From Podarcis gaigeae (lineage: Eukaryota), in the NCBI GenBank assembly GCA_964106915.2, contig OZ066916.1: a stretch of 64,000 nucleotides of DNA; one strand, written 5' to 3'. Numbering within the stretch: position 1 is the first letter of the stretch; each line of letters opens with the position of its first letter. Below the pieces are notes generated by a model, which was not told where the DNA came from, did no database searches, and was given only the letters and a program-made list of their open reading frames with translations. Below are positions 1 to 12,504 of this stretch, one piece after another. The position numbers were made by a program, and so were the translations under genes.

Positions 1-908
1 CAAATTTGACATACAAGGCACAGGAAAGGTTCTCCCACCCCCCCCTCTAATTAATTTGATCAATGCCAAATATCTGGGGGGAAATATTTAACTAGGAGTC
101 CCTTAAATTCTCTTAGTACAACAGTTGATGAGTTTTCAAAAAAGAAAACTTCTTTGCAAGTAGTTTTGTTAGAAATTTAAAAAGAAATCATTCTAAGCAT
201 GTTACAAAGCATTCCTTGAGTGACAGTTCAATGGAACCAAGAGAATGCATCCTTGAATGGCTTATTACATATTCAGATTGAGAACAGGAGCAAGGAAACT
301 CTTAGGTGACTTCTGAGTGTGTGTGAACTTCTACTACGTTGTGTCCACACCTGGATGCCATTGCATGTGACAAGGCTACACCAATGCCCTTATCCTGCAT
401 GCATAATCTCATATTCATATCTATTTCAGTGCCACACAAGTGATAGCACTAAGCAGATTTTATAAATGGCAATATTTGAATTGAATTCCTGCAAGATTAA
501 ATGCAGGTATATATTAATATGGAAGCAAGTTTATTTATTTATTTAATATTTAAGTTTATAGGCTACTTTTCAATGTAAATATGCACAAAGTGACTCATAA
601 CAGCACAAATTACTTTGTCAACAGGTAATTCCCTTCAAGATATATAATTTATGGTGGGTCTACATATATAGCTAATATTTTAACGATTTGGAAGTTTATT
701 GCTTATTGTTAAAATTAACTCAAGGTATTAAATATCTAACTTTTGTTAAATATATTGTTTTTAACCTCCCCAACCCATTACCTATTACAACATTCAACAG
801 GAATACAGAGAAAGAAAAATTACATATGCCCTTGATAAATAAAAATCAGTATAAAAACCAACGAACAATAAAGCTAGTAGAACACACAAAAATGCATATT
901 AGGCATCA

Positions 909-1142
<234 letters not shown>

Positions 1143-2046
1143 TTAAAATGTTACTACACGAAGGGTGAGATTCTATGGCTGCTGGGAAGGTGTTACAGGA
1201 GCCATAGGATAAGATGTTGCCCACTGCCCCCTCTTAGGTGATGCTGACCCCTCTGATGTCCTAGCTCAAGCAGTGATGGAGCTCTGACATCAGCAGGGCC
1301 AAAAAAGCAAAAGGTTGCTGAAAAGTAGCTAAGATCTGAAAAATCCAAAGTCTTCTGTTCCTCTAACTCCTCCCTCCAGAGCCCCAAACTGGATAGAGAT
1401 TGACACACTTCTGAGAGGGTGTAAAATTGTTTCTTCCCTTTTCTTTCCATTGTTTTCAGTGGGAGAGAAAATGAAAAATATAGAGTTGTGGTTTTTTGTT
1501 TTTTAAAAAATACAGGTTGGGAATAGAGCATTCGTCTGTGCTTACTACTGCCCTAAGGCAAGCCCAGGAGGGTGCTGGATTTGTATTTCCTTGTAAGCCA
1601 GACATTTCAAGATTGCATCCTGAAATCCCATGCTCCATTGAGGAGAATGATGCAAACTTGCCAGAAGGAGAATTTTATTAGAGGATTATCATGTTGTTCC
1701 AAGCTATTATCAATCACAGATCAGAATAAAGAATGGAGCGCTTTAATGGGAGTTCTTCCATAACTTTCAATAGATTTTTTAAACATTGTTTTTAATGTTA
1801 ATTTTAAACAACAGTTTCCTAGAACTGGGTATCTGATGTTATACGAACACATGCTTTGCATGTTGCACAATGAGCACTTGTGCTGAATACCCTATTCCCT
1901 GCTAATAAAAAGCACCATAATATGAGCATAGTATCTGCTTTCAGATGCGCTGTAAGCCATTTATCCTCTAAGAAGAGTGGGGGTGGGAAGAAGACTACAA
2001 GATTTATTTTGAATGTTAAGAAGCTTAAATAGTGCCCAAAGACCTA

Positions 2047-2199
<153 letters not shown>

Positions 2200-2946
2200 T
2201 TACAAACTAAAAAGAACTTAATTGCACATTACAGTTGATACAAAACAAGAATACAAAATCACAGGTCTGAGTCACTGTTTGTTTCTAGCAGCATTGGACA
2301 CAAAAAGGTAGCCAATTTCATTTGTGAACTGCACCACTTATGTGAAGAATAAGTTACAAACATCTTGGGTATTGTAGTAACTTTATTTCTAGAACAAAAC
2401 ACAGGGCCAAACTGGCAGACTAAGAATGTGTGCTCAAAGTCATTTGTCCTGAATGGTATTTGTGGTAATGTGAGGGTAGCTCAACAACTACTGTGTCTGG
2501 ATTTTCACTTTTTGAAATATGGCAGCTCTAGATAATGCAATATAAGGGATGCTTCACTAAGAATACAGTTCAATCTTTATGTTTATAATACCACAAGTGA
2601 ATATGCTTTCAGTGGCTTTGTGGTGACTTAAAAGATGTGGGTTCAGTAACTGTATACTCATAGTAAAGCAATTGCACCACCACAGCATAACTTGCTGATG
2701 AACCCAACTTCTTGCTTAGCCAATTTGGTTATATGAAATATCTTCACAACTTTAGGCCCAATGCCAATGGAGTTGATTTTTAAGTAGACAAAACAAGAAC
2801 ACATGAATTCACATTATAAAAATCAAACAACACTAGAAAGAAATTGTCACTTCTACAGCTTTGGAATTATAGTACAAATTTCTAAACGCAACCTTGCATT
2901 TTAGTTAAGTGTTTTGGATAATGCAACTCAAGAGAGAGAGACTCAC

Positions 2947-2992
2947 CATTATAGAGAGAACCTCCTTCAGCATATTCCATAACAAGACAAAC
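2947..2992 (-). CDS. MAP3K7: MAP3K7 coding exon 4 (VCLVMEYAEGGSLYN + G): hinge region
   Basis: 46 nt, acceptor tttttccacaaAG|, donor |GTGAGT, ends in phase 1. Confidence 0.98.
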
Positions 2993-3757
2993 CTTTGTGG
3001 AAAAATCAAAGTGTTAAGTTAGAAGACACTTTTGATTTTTATGTAGAAGAAAATCTTTAAAATAGGAATGTTTTTGAAAAGTTCCCTATCTAAACTCCTG
3101 TGTGGATTTGTGGGTTCCAAATTGCCTGATCTTGTTTGTGCAGCGGCAAAAGTAACTTGGGATAATTTCATGATCTTTTTTCAATGTCTGATCTTTGCAG
3201 ATAGCTTCATACATATAATTTGCTGCAACTTTGATTTCCTTCTGTTCTTACACGATATCCATCCAGCCCTACTTTACTGATGCACACATGGGTTTGTGCA
3301 TATTCATGAAACACAGCACACACAAAAATCTTGATGCACTTCTATGTTGTATTTCAGTTAATTATCACTTGTGAACATTGGTAATGAAGGGGGGAAAGAA
3401 CAAATGAAAATAAATTAACTGGTGCACAGTTCTAAAACTAATTTTAGAAATTATTCATGTGAATTGGAAGGGGGGCAAAAGAAAATCTTGGGCCAAGTGA
3501 ACCCATGAAACATAACCTGGGAAACATGATTATTCCAGGTTTATTGCTAAACAAATAGCAAAAGCATATCCAATTTATACACACATTTTCATAATAAAAA
3601 TGGGAAAAGTCAGTGCAGTATGTGCAATTAAGCCAACTAAGGAACTATTTGCTCTCGTATTCTTACTTAATGCAAGCAAAACTTTTAATCATCATAAAAT
3701 ATTTAGCCCTACAAAATATTGTATTGTGATCTCAAAAACTGAAAAAGTGCAACTTAC

Positions 3758-3823
3758 TGGGTTCAAACAAGCTCCATATAACTTGACAATATTAGGATGG
3801 TTCACACGTGACAACTGTCGAAG
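3758..3823 (-). CDS. MAP3K7: MAP3K7 coding exon 3 ([22 protein letters not shown])
   Basis: 66 nt, acceptor ttccAG|, donor |GTAAGT, TAK1 sequence. Confidence 0.98.
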
Positions 3824-5818
3824 CTGGAATTTAAGAGAAATAATGCATTTAAAGGCTACGTCCTTAATTTTAAAAAGTGATCTTTTCTAATCTTTGCTCA
3901 TGTAGGATTCACAGCTGAATGCTAGAACTGGTTTGATGCTGTATGGTATTTTACACAGACCTGGAGAATGAACTGTGGTTTAGTTAGTACAAAGCAGATA
4001 CCTCACCTAACACTATTTTTTTTTTTAATACTACCAGTTACCCTCCCCCTATGCAACTTTTCAGTGAGAAGGACTGCTATGACTACCCTTTGGATAAAGT
4101 TTGTGTTATCTGTGGTGGCCCTTGGTTGCCACTACTCTGCCAGTGACAGAGTAGTATTGTAGTATTGCACGTATAGAACAGCATCTGAACATAAAATCAG
4201 GTTGAGAATAAAATCAGGTTCTAGAAACACATTTAGCAGGTTAGCCTTTGCAAGCATTCAATTCTGGGTGACCACTGTCCCAATCATAGCATGATGTGAG
4301 ACCCCTATCCCCCAAGTCCTCTCACCACAGAAAAATCTGGAGGGGAACTCATGGCTTCTGATTGCCATTAAGAATGAAAGTGAAAGGGTGACCCCACCCC
4401 TGTCCGAAGTCAACAGCACATACAATAGGGGAGGGATAGGTGGAGACCACAAATAACGGTTGCCTAATCTACACACGTGTTAAAAACGTTGTAAAATGCG
4501 TTTTTTTAACTGTTTTGAAAAAAGCATTGAATTTGCTATAGCTCACAGTCACCATCTAGTGTCACAATTGTATATTGCACTTTACAACACATTCAAAATG
4601 TTTTATTTGCAGCTGAGTCCCTTGACTAATTTTACATCAATACACATCCTCTGAGAAGAACAATAGTCTTTAGCTATAGGTAGAAAATGTACAGAGATGT
4701 TACATGGCAGATAATGGTAGTAGTAACTGGCAATCCTAATCAACACTTTACACAACAGAAGCAAGGCTCGGACACTCCGCAGGACCCTGTGGGGGATCAC
4801 CTGAGCACTCCCATTCAGTCCAGAAAGAGAAATGTAGTTTCATCCCACTCCAGAGAAAAGGGATGGAAATTTGTATCAGGCCTTTGACCACCATGGTTCT
4901 GTCTCTCAGGTTTATCCAAGCAGTTGGACTGGGATGGAGTAGAAGCTCCCTTTCAGCAGCTGGACTGGACATGTTAAGGTCGATGTTTCTGCCCTCATAT
5001 GCAAAACCAACTACAAGCATGGCTAATAAAAATTACAGCCAGTTATTTGCCTATTTGTGTGAGTCAGGCCTATTGTGGGCACACTATGCTTAATGATGTA
5101 TTTCTGCATGTTTAAATACTAGCAATGGACCATTGTACTAGAGTGTACCACCAACGGAAGTGCCATACCTCTCTCTCTTTCTCTCACCCCCCAACCCCCT
5201 GAAATATTAAGTGTTGATCATCTGATAAATAAGTGTACATATTCAAGTAGTTTGTCACTTTGAGTGATCTGGTTTAAATTACACTCACTTCCTGATCTCT
5301 TTTCTATGTGTGGTAGAAAACACACTTTCCCTCTCTACCCTTCTGACACACCCTACAAAATGTGACACCCACATCTAATGTGACAAGAGTTACCAGCAGG
5401 AAGAGTAGGAATGCACAGTCCCATTTCCCTCACCACTGCTTGTAGGGAGAACATAGAGGGGAAGTAGTATTTTAAATGGGCCAGCGTGACTGGAGAAGCA
5501 GGACACCAATTTTATTCTAAGCAAATGCAGTTGACATAATATCCCTACAGACACGGAAGAATTCAGTCTTTAATCAGCTAATTGAGTTTGCAATATTCCC
5601 AAATACAGGTGGTGGGACTACAATTCAGAGGGTTCTTGGAGTCAACTTTCTAGATTGTCCCTCATCCCAACAGAGTCCTGAATACACCCCCAGGGGTGTA
5701 GAAACTTTTCAAAACACAACTCACAATAAATCTTAAAGGAACATTTTACGGCACAGCAATAAAATTATGAGCACCCATACAAATTCACAATAGGCTACCT
5801 GTTAATCAGATTATGTTA

Positions 5819-5956
<138 letters not shown>

Positions 5957-6834
5957 CTATATAAAAAGTCAATTGGAAACTTTCAGTTACATATTTCAAT
6001 CAAACCATCTGCATAGCTCATATTATTTTCTTTCTTCCTACTATAGAATGATATGGTAAAACATTTATGTTGTGCAAAAGACCTGCACAACTCATGGCTG
6101 GCCAAGATATATTAATCGCAGTCTGCCAGATGCTTGGCAACTTCCTGTTTTTGCAGTCTCAGGCAGGCAACAAAACCAAGAGGTTTAAACAAGCTCCTGC
6201 AAACTACCATACCTGGATGGTGGGTCATGTTCAGATTTGAGATATTGCTGAACAGATCTGTCCAAAATAATTTCCATCTCTGCATATGCCCTAACTTCTT
6301 TCTATCCAGGCATTGACTGATTATCCTGAGTCTCCAGGAGTGTGCAGATTTTTTTATTTTTAAGAAATGAACCTTGGGGATCTTATGCTTCCTTACACAC
6401 TTCCCATCATTGACACACCAATTTTTTATTTGAATGCAAGATCTCCCTGAGCTGAGAAAATATGTCACTTCTGGCTACCTAGTGTTTATGAAGCTGAGTG
6501 CATATGAAAGTTTGTAATTCATCCAGGAGATGTGATAGCCCAGATGTAAAAGGTTAGTCCCACAAAAATCAACAGGGACTACTTGCAAGTAAACTTGCAA
6601 AAAGGATTTTGACTTTATGATGACTCTTCCAACTTAAGATACCAAACCCATATTGAGTAGCTAACAGTTTTAAAGTGATCCCACCACTGATGGGTCTTGT
6701 TGATCTAAAAAGGCTTTGAAGATCAATCTGTTCTAAGTTGCTTTTACGTGGTTTCATTGGTGATACTGTTGATTTACTGCTTTAATGCTGTGTTTAGTGA
6801 TAATTATTTTATACTGGCTGTTTTATATGGTAAT

Positions 6835-7115
6835 TTCTGAGGCAGCTCCACATATAACACATTGCAGTAATCTAATCTAGAGGTTACCAGAGCATAGACT
6901 ACAGAATTTAGGCTATCCTTGTCCAGATAGGGGTGTAGCTGGGCCACAAGTTGAAGCTTACGGAAGGTACCTTGTACCACTGAGGCCATCTGAGCCTCAA
7001 GCAACAGCAAAGGATCCAGAAATACCCACAAGCTGCGTACCTGGTCCTTCAGAGGGCATGTACCCCCATCAAGAGCAGGCAACCTCCCATCCATCCAGCC
7101 TAGGGAACTACTCAC
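6835..7115 (-). mobile_element. L2-clade LINE fragment (RT C-terminal region) in MAP3K7 intron 1
   Basis: Translation QVRSLWVFLDPLLLLEAQMASVV...LHPYLD...LVTSRLDYCNVLYVELP resembles the L2 ORF2 motif VRNLGV.LD...LVTSRLDYCN.LY.GLP. Confidence 0.85.
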
Positions 7116-7289
7116 TAAAAGTCCCTCAGTCTTATCTTTTATTTTAAAATTATGTGTGTTGAGGTTCCCTAAACAAGTATGTGTGTTGGGGGTGGCGGCC
7201 TTTAAATCTTATTGCGACTCAAATCTTGAGATGATTGCCTCAGAACTAGTTACTCAAGCCATAGCTCAGCTTTCATGCTTGATAAAGTA

Positions 7290-7490
7290 CCACTGGAATA
7301 TTAGTATTATTATATTTTCAAATCTTCTAAGGAATTCAAGGTCGCTCCCCATTCCATCCTCACAACACGCCTGTGAGTTATGCTCAAGAGATGGGGATCA
7401 GCTCAAGATCATTCACTGAGCTTCAAAGTCATGTAGAGATTTGAACCCCAAGCTACTGGTCTAAGGGCAGCCCTTTAAATACTACACACA
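7290..7490 (-). mobile_element. Old MIR/CORE-like SINE remnant
   Basis: CCATCCTCACAACA..CCTGTGAG and GATTTGAACCC (reverse B-box) motifs, typical of MIR-like elements in reverse orientation. Confidence 0.55.
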
Positions 7491-7749
7491 ACCCTGAAAC
7501 CCAGTTTCAGGAAAGCCTCGAGCCCAGACCCCTCATATAAATTTGCAATCCTATGTGTGCACTGGGCTTACTCTCAAGTAATTTTTAGGCACAGGATTAC
7601 AGCCTCAAGTGTGTGCATGGGGGCAATGCAGGCAATGTTGACTTGTGCAACCAAGCCTGCCATCCTATATATGCATCTATATATCTCCAAGGGGGGGGGG
7701 GGTAAAGTGTCTTTGGAGTTATGTGGGGCTTACTGCCGAGTTGAGTTAC

Positions 7750-8800
7750 CAAATGTCCCTCCCGGCGCCCTCTCCACCTGTGGGGACTCACCTCTTCCAC
7801 CTCGATCTCTTTGTAGTCAATTTCTTCGAAGTTGAGCACCGGGGGGGTTTCAATCATGTCCGCGGAGTTGGCAGAAGACATCCCTCCACTTCCAGCGGGT
7901 GAGTGTGAGTGTATATGGGGTGTGTGGGGCTGCGCGTCTGGAGGGAAAGGAAGAGAGCGCAGGCCGCCCAGGCGAGGCGGGGACCGGGGCGCAGAAGTGC
8001 TCCTCTCGCGGGGCCGTTTCCCCGGGACCCCCAGCCCACCTCACAGCACTCAGCGGGGAACGGAGGGCCCGACGGAGGCGCCTCCTGGGCCGCGGAGAGG
8101 CCTCATACGAGGCTCTTCCGCCGGGGCTTTATTGGGGCCACCGGGAAGCCCAGGCCGAAGGCGCCCGGCTCGGCATCCTGCGCCCTCGCACGCACGCAAC
8201 CTCCGCCTCCACCAGCACCCCCGGCTTCCCTCCTTGCTCCGCTCTTGCAGGCCGCGGCCTCTCCTCGGTCGGAGCCTGGGAGTCGCGTCGGCGGCTGCGC
8301 CCCCCTCCCTCGCAGAGGAGGAGGAGGTTGAATGAGGAGGACGAGGAGCCGCCGCAGCCGCCGCTCAGAGCCCAGCACCCGCCTCGCCCGACATCGGGGC
8401 CGCTTCGCGGAAGGGACTTTCCCCACACGGCGCGCCGCCTCTCCCTTTCCGGCTACTGAGGAGGCCCGGCCAGGGCCACGGCCTGGCAGGAGAAGCGGCG
8501 GCACCACTAGCTGCTCCTCCTCTTTCCTTTCGCTCGTTCGCCGCCTCACTCTTCCCGGAGCTACTCCGCCTTCCTGCTTGCTTTGCCGCCTCCCAGAGGC
8601 CGCCGGAGGAACCCGCGGTCGTCATTTCGCATCGCTTTCGCCGTAGCCGCGCGCGGGCAAGGGCTTTTCTCCCTCCGGGAGCCGGCCAGGAGGTGTGAGG
8701 CTCACAAGGAGTGACCTGCCTTGGCTTTCAGTGGCCTGGTGCGAGAGAGAGCGGGGAATACGAAAGCGAAACATGGAAGCGCATGTCTCCCTTAGGAGAA
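7750..8800. promoter_or_regulatory. CpG island: MAP3K7 promoter and 5' UTR
   Basis: Abrupt switch to very GC- and CpG-rich sequence over and upstream of the start codon, with GC boxes and ETS-like CTTCC motifs and no clear TATA box. The TSS cannot be fixed from sequence. Confidence 0.92.
7792..7881 (-). CDS. MAP3K7: MAP3K7/TAK1 coding exon 1 (MSSANSADMIETPPVLNFEEIDYKEIEVEE)
   Basis: ATG at 7881-7879 in GAGGG-ATG context. Translation matches the TAK1 N-terminus VLNFEEIDYKEIEVEE. Phase-0 donor GAG|GTGAGT at 7791. Lies in the CpG island. Confidence 0.97.
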
Positions 8801-9054
8801 GTGCAGTGGTACCTCGGGTTAAGAACTTATTATTATTATTTTTTATTTATACCCCGCCCTCCCCAGCCAAGGCCGGGCTCAGAGCGGCTTACAAGCAATA
8901 ATAAAAACAAGATGAATGATTACAACTTAAAGTTGTAATTAAGATGAATTAAGTTCTTAACCCGAGGTACCACTGCACTTCTCCTAAGGGAGACATGCGC
9001 TTCCATGTTTCGCTTTCGTATTCCCCGCTCTCTCTCGCACCAGGCCGCTGAAAG
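8725..9054. repeat. 105-bp inverted repeat (8725-8829 vs 8950-9054, 1 mismatch, 120-bp spacer)
   Basis: Direct base-by-base reverse-complement match. Confidence 0.95.
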
Positions 9055-9292
9055 GTTAATTCTTATTCAGGTTAATTCTTATTCAGGTTAATTCTTATTC
9101 AGGTTAATTATTATTAACCTGAAACTGTTCTTAACCTGAAGCACCACTTTAGCGAGTGGGGCCTCCTCCTGCAGCTGTGCCGCAGGAGCACGATTTCTGT
9201 TCTCATCCTAAAGCAAAGTTCTTAACCAGAGGTACTAATTCTGGGTTAGCGGAGTCTGTAACCTGAAGCGTATGTAACCCGAGGTACCACTG
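8804..9292 (+). mobile_element. Tc1/mariner (Tigger/pogo-like) MITE, internally rearranged
   Basis: TIRs CAGTGGTACCTCGGGTTA...TAACCCGAGGTACCACTG with TA at the right end (left flank reads TG). Body nearly identical to 60892-61106 but interrupted at about 8830-9113. Confidence 0.85.
9053..9110. repeat. Tandem repeat of 16-bp unit AGGTTAATTCTTATTC, ~3.5 copies
   Basis: Seen directly. Confidence 0.93.
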
Positions 9293-10099
9293 TACTGCTC
9301 TCTTGTACACCTCTGAGCAGCAGCAGGACAGGCATAAATTTTAGACGGGATGCTTTTCCACTACCAATGCACCAACGTGCTAGGTAAGAGCATTGCCAAA
9401 GAGCGTTGTACTGCACTTATATTGGAAAAAGTCAATGGGCACAAACGGGCACACCTCACTGAGCATCTTGACCATGAAAAGGGACTGATGATCACCCTCT
9501 TCCTGCCCAGTTAAGGTCCAGAGTGTGGCCTGCCACATGCATTGGGCCAATGACATGTTGGGGCAGCCCCATGGTTGTCATTGCAGCAATGAAGCCCTGA
9601 TAATATGGGAGTTCTAAACCAGGACCGAAATTAGGCTTTCTGTCAATTGGATCAAAGATCCAGTTTGGCACCTCACCCCCCTATACATGTTTGCGTACCC
9701 ACACATAAATACATGCATGCAAACAAACAAACAAACAAACACCCCCAACACATTTATCTGTAAAGAGCATAAAAAGTAGTCAATATGTCATTTTAATACA
9801 AAGGAATCCTAAGAAGTATTATGACTGTGACCAAAGGGAAAATGAGCAATCCCCTCCAGTAAAAGCAAATTGTTTGTCAAGAGTAGAACTTCCATGTGCA
9901 TCAATTGTTTATTTGAGGTCAGGTTTTGAATTGGATTTATTTGGTCATTAAAAGACAGCATTTCTATAAGATCACCCAAGGCCCTCTGGTTTCCTTTTTT
10001 CCTTTTTCTCTTTGAGGCTTTTTGTCACCCACCCCTCTTCTAGGTTCTGAGAGAACCTTTTCAATGACTTTTAATCTGTAAATTTACTCCTGAGTAAGC

Positions 10100-10330
10100 T
10101 CCTGCCAACCTAGCAGTTCGAAAGCCCGTCAAAGTGCAAGTAGATACCTTCCAGCGGGAAGGTAATCACTGTTTCCGTGCGCTGCTCTGGTTCGCCAGAA
10201 GCGGCTTAGTCATGCTGGCCACATGACCCGGAAGCTGTACACCGGCTCCCTCGGCCAATAAAGCGAGATGAGCGCCGCAACCCCAGAGTTGGCCACGACT
10301 GGACCTAACGGTCAAGGGTCCCTTTACCTT
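10100..10330 (+). mobile_element. Sauria SINE, 5'-truncated
   Basis: CCTGCCAACCTAGCAGTTCGAAAGC...GTCATGCTGGCCACATGACCCGGAAG...GGGTCCCTTTACCTTT tail. TSD TAAGCT at 10095-10100 and 10331-10336. Confidence 0.92.
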
Positions 10331-10689
10331 TAAGCTTCAACAAGATTCCTTTCAATTTTGTTTTTGTTTGATTACTCACTTTAGGAAATGATAATTTTAT
10401 AGCAATTTTAGGCTCCATGTAAGGTGAAAAAATGCTTTTTACGAGTTTAAAGTAGAAAGTGCCCTTTCATTACAATCTCAATGCAGTAGCAAATCCACAG
10501 GGAGTCTTTTGCTTCATGGGGGAGAGCTATGCAACCTCTCCAGATTTTCCAACTCTCCCTCTCCATGCATCATGTTGTAAATGAGCCTTTTTCAGCTTCT
10601 TAGGGGAAGGAAGATGCTAGTGGCTGCCTTCACTTTTTCATCTTTTTCTCCAGCTGAAGCCCTGGGAGGCTGGGAGCCTCAATGGTGCC

Positions 10690-11340
10690 CCTCTGGAGGC
10701 TTCACCTGGGGCAGAAACTCTGCCTAAACACCACCTCTTGAGGTCAGCTCTGTCAGCTCAGGCAGGGAGACTGCTGGGCAGTGAGGCAGGCAGTAAATCA
10801 GTGAAATTCCTAACCTGTCCTAATTGCCCAATGCCAGGAACACACACACTAGATCCCCGCAACTGGGTAAAGAACCTGGAGAGAGAGAACCTGGAGGGGT
10901 GGGAAGAGAATTTCTGTAGATCACAGTAGCTTCCCCTCCCCAACCCTCGATTCTGGCCTGATGCTGCACCAAGTATGCAGATGAGCACAGCTGGATGAGA
11001 ACAACTCCTCCCTGCTCACCCATCCAGGTCTCAGTGATACAGGACAAGATGGTAGAGGAGGGATAGGCCTGCGGGGATGCTGGGTGGAGATTGGTCCCAT
11101 CGGTTGCCAGGGGAAGACTGACTTGAAACTGTGATGCTTCTGAACTGTGTGGAATTTGGGATATCAAGAGGCCTCCATGACTAGCAGTGCTTTTAACAGT
11201 TTTAGCTGGTACTCCAGCTATGACCATTCCTGAGCTGGTATAACCTGATAATAGTGGTCCATGCACTGGTAACCTCAACACTTTATAACTGTGACACACT
11301 CTATGTGGAGTGTCTTTGGATCTGGTCAGAAGCTGCAAGC
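10690..11340 (-). mobile_element. L2-clade LINE 5' portion (APE endonuclease remnant), degraded
   Basis: The ORF track 10820..11440 contains CITETW and ARIEGWGGEATVIYR, resembling the LINE endonuclease motifs C.TETW and R..GRGGGVA.IYR. Frameshifted continuation downstream. Confidence 0.78.
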
Positions 11341-11388
11341 AGTGCAGAATTGAGAAGCCAGATTGTACACAGGAACAGGCTACTGGCA

Positions 11389-11450
11389 ACATAGAATCAT
11401 AGAATTGTGGAGTTGGGTCAGCTGGTTCAACCCCCTGCAATGCAAGAATT
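11389..11450 (-). mobile_element. CR1-type 3' tail fragment ((ATTCTATG)n end) of a SINE or LINE
   Basis: ATAGAATCATAGAATTGTGGAGTTGG is the reverse complement of the CR1 terminal octamer repeat. Similar pieces at 26878-26950 (-) and 44045-44135 (+, with a tRNA-like head). Confidence 0.6.
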
Positions 11451-12461
11451 TTTTACTCTTGTTGAAAGAGTTTCACTGGTTGCCAGTTTGCTACTGGAAT
11501 GTTTGTACATATTTCAACTATTTTATTGTATTGTAGTAGAATTCTGATTTTTATTTTTTATTTTTGCACACAAACCATATATTTCGGTTATATAGCTTGT
11601 TGTTAAGGATTATTTGTGTCTTGGTTGTTTGCATATCTGGAGTTCTGTCAGCATAGTTGTTTCCTGCTGTTGGTGGATCTTCAGTATAGGATTGCACTCT
11701 ACATTATAGAGCAATCACAAACCATGTCTCCTCAGAAGTTTTCTTCTTGATTGAATGCTATGAACTTAACCATAGCTTCTCTACTGAATTGAGACTTAAG
11801 TGGAGTTGGGCTTGCAGCCTTAGGTACTACAAAAACATATTCTGATTTTCTGAACTCATGTAGCAAATCATACAGGTCTGTAAGTAACAAACTTGTCCAG
11901 GTTTAACAAAAAATGAATAAAACTATTGCTCGCCCAAACAGATATTGGTAATAATATTGACAGCAATATTATTGCACCGTATGTTTACCCGAAGAGCCAT
12001 TCATAATATTTATTTTCTTTCTCTTTTAAATTTTAATTTGATTGAACACTTTTCAGATACTTCAACACTGTAAAACCAGCATATAATTAAAATAAAGCAC
12101 ACAGAAAATGAAATACCTGCTACTTTGCCTTTTCTAAAACTTACTTCCTATTCAGTATCGAATATATTTCTTCCCACAAGGTGGTACTGTGGCACTACTG
12201 TTCTATGAAATCTTCCCCTTTACGTTACTAAATTAATTCATTTCTGAAACCAACTTCCAGAAATCTTCAAAATAAAAGACTTAAAAAAATTAATCACCAA
12301 GTTGGCAAGTTTTTTTTAAAAAAAGTATTGTGTCTTGTTAGTACTTTTGTTTTTACATTGTGAACAGTATTTATACATTTTATTACAAGATAATTCATTT
12401 GCAACAATATGTCCTTTTCATTTTAAAAACTTGAGAGGTATCTTCAGCCAGATGATTAGAA

Positions 12462-12503
<42 letters not shown>
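12462..12503. repeat. (ATT)n microsatellite
   Basis: Seen directly. Confidence 0.97.

Positions 12504-12504
<1 letters not shown>

Noticed and set aside
7597-7791. Continuation of ORF 7597..7881 beyond EIEVEE
   Set aside because: Read-through into intron 1 past the GTGAGT donor.
7832-8646. Many overlapping 60-186 aa ORFs on both strands
   Set aside because: By-product of the GC-rich CpG island, which has few stop codons. Low-complexity Arg/Pro/Gly/Ala translations with no recognisable domain.
9053-9110. Short regularly repeated units suggesting a CRISPR-like array
   Set aside because: Head-to-tail tandem copies without unique spacers, in a vertebrate genome.
10820-11440. 206-aa ORF, the longest in the window
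   Set aside because: Degraded LINE endonuclease remnant, not a host gene.
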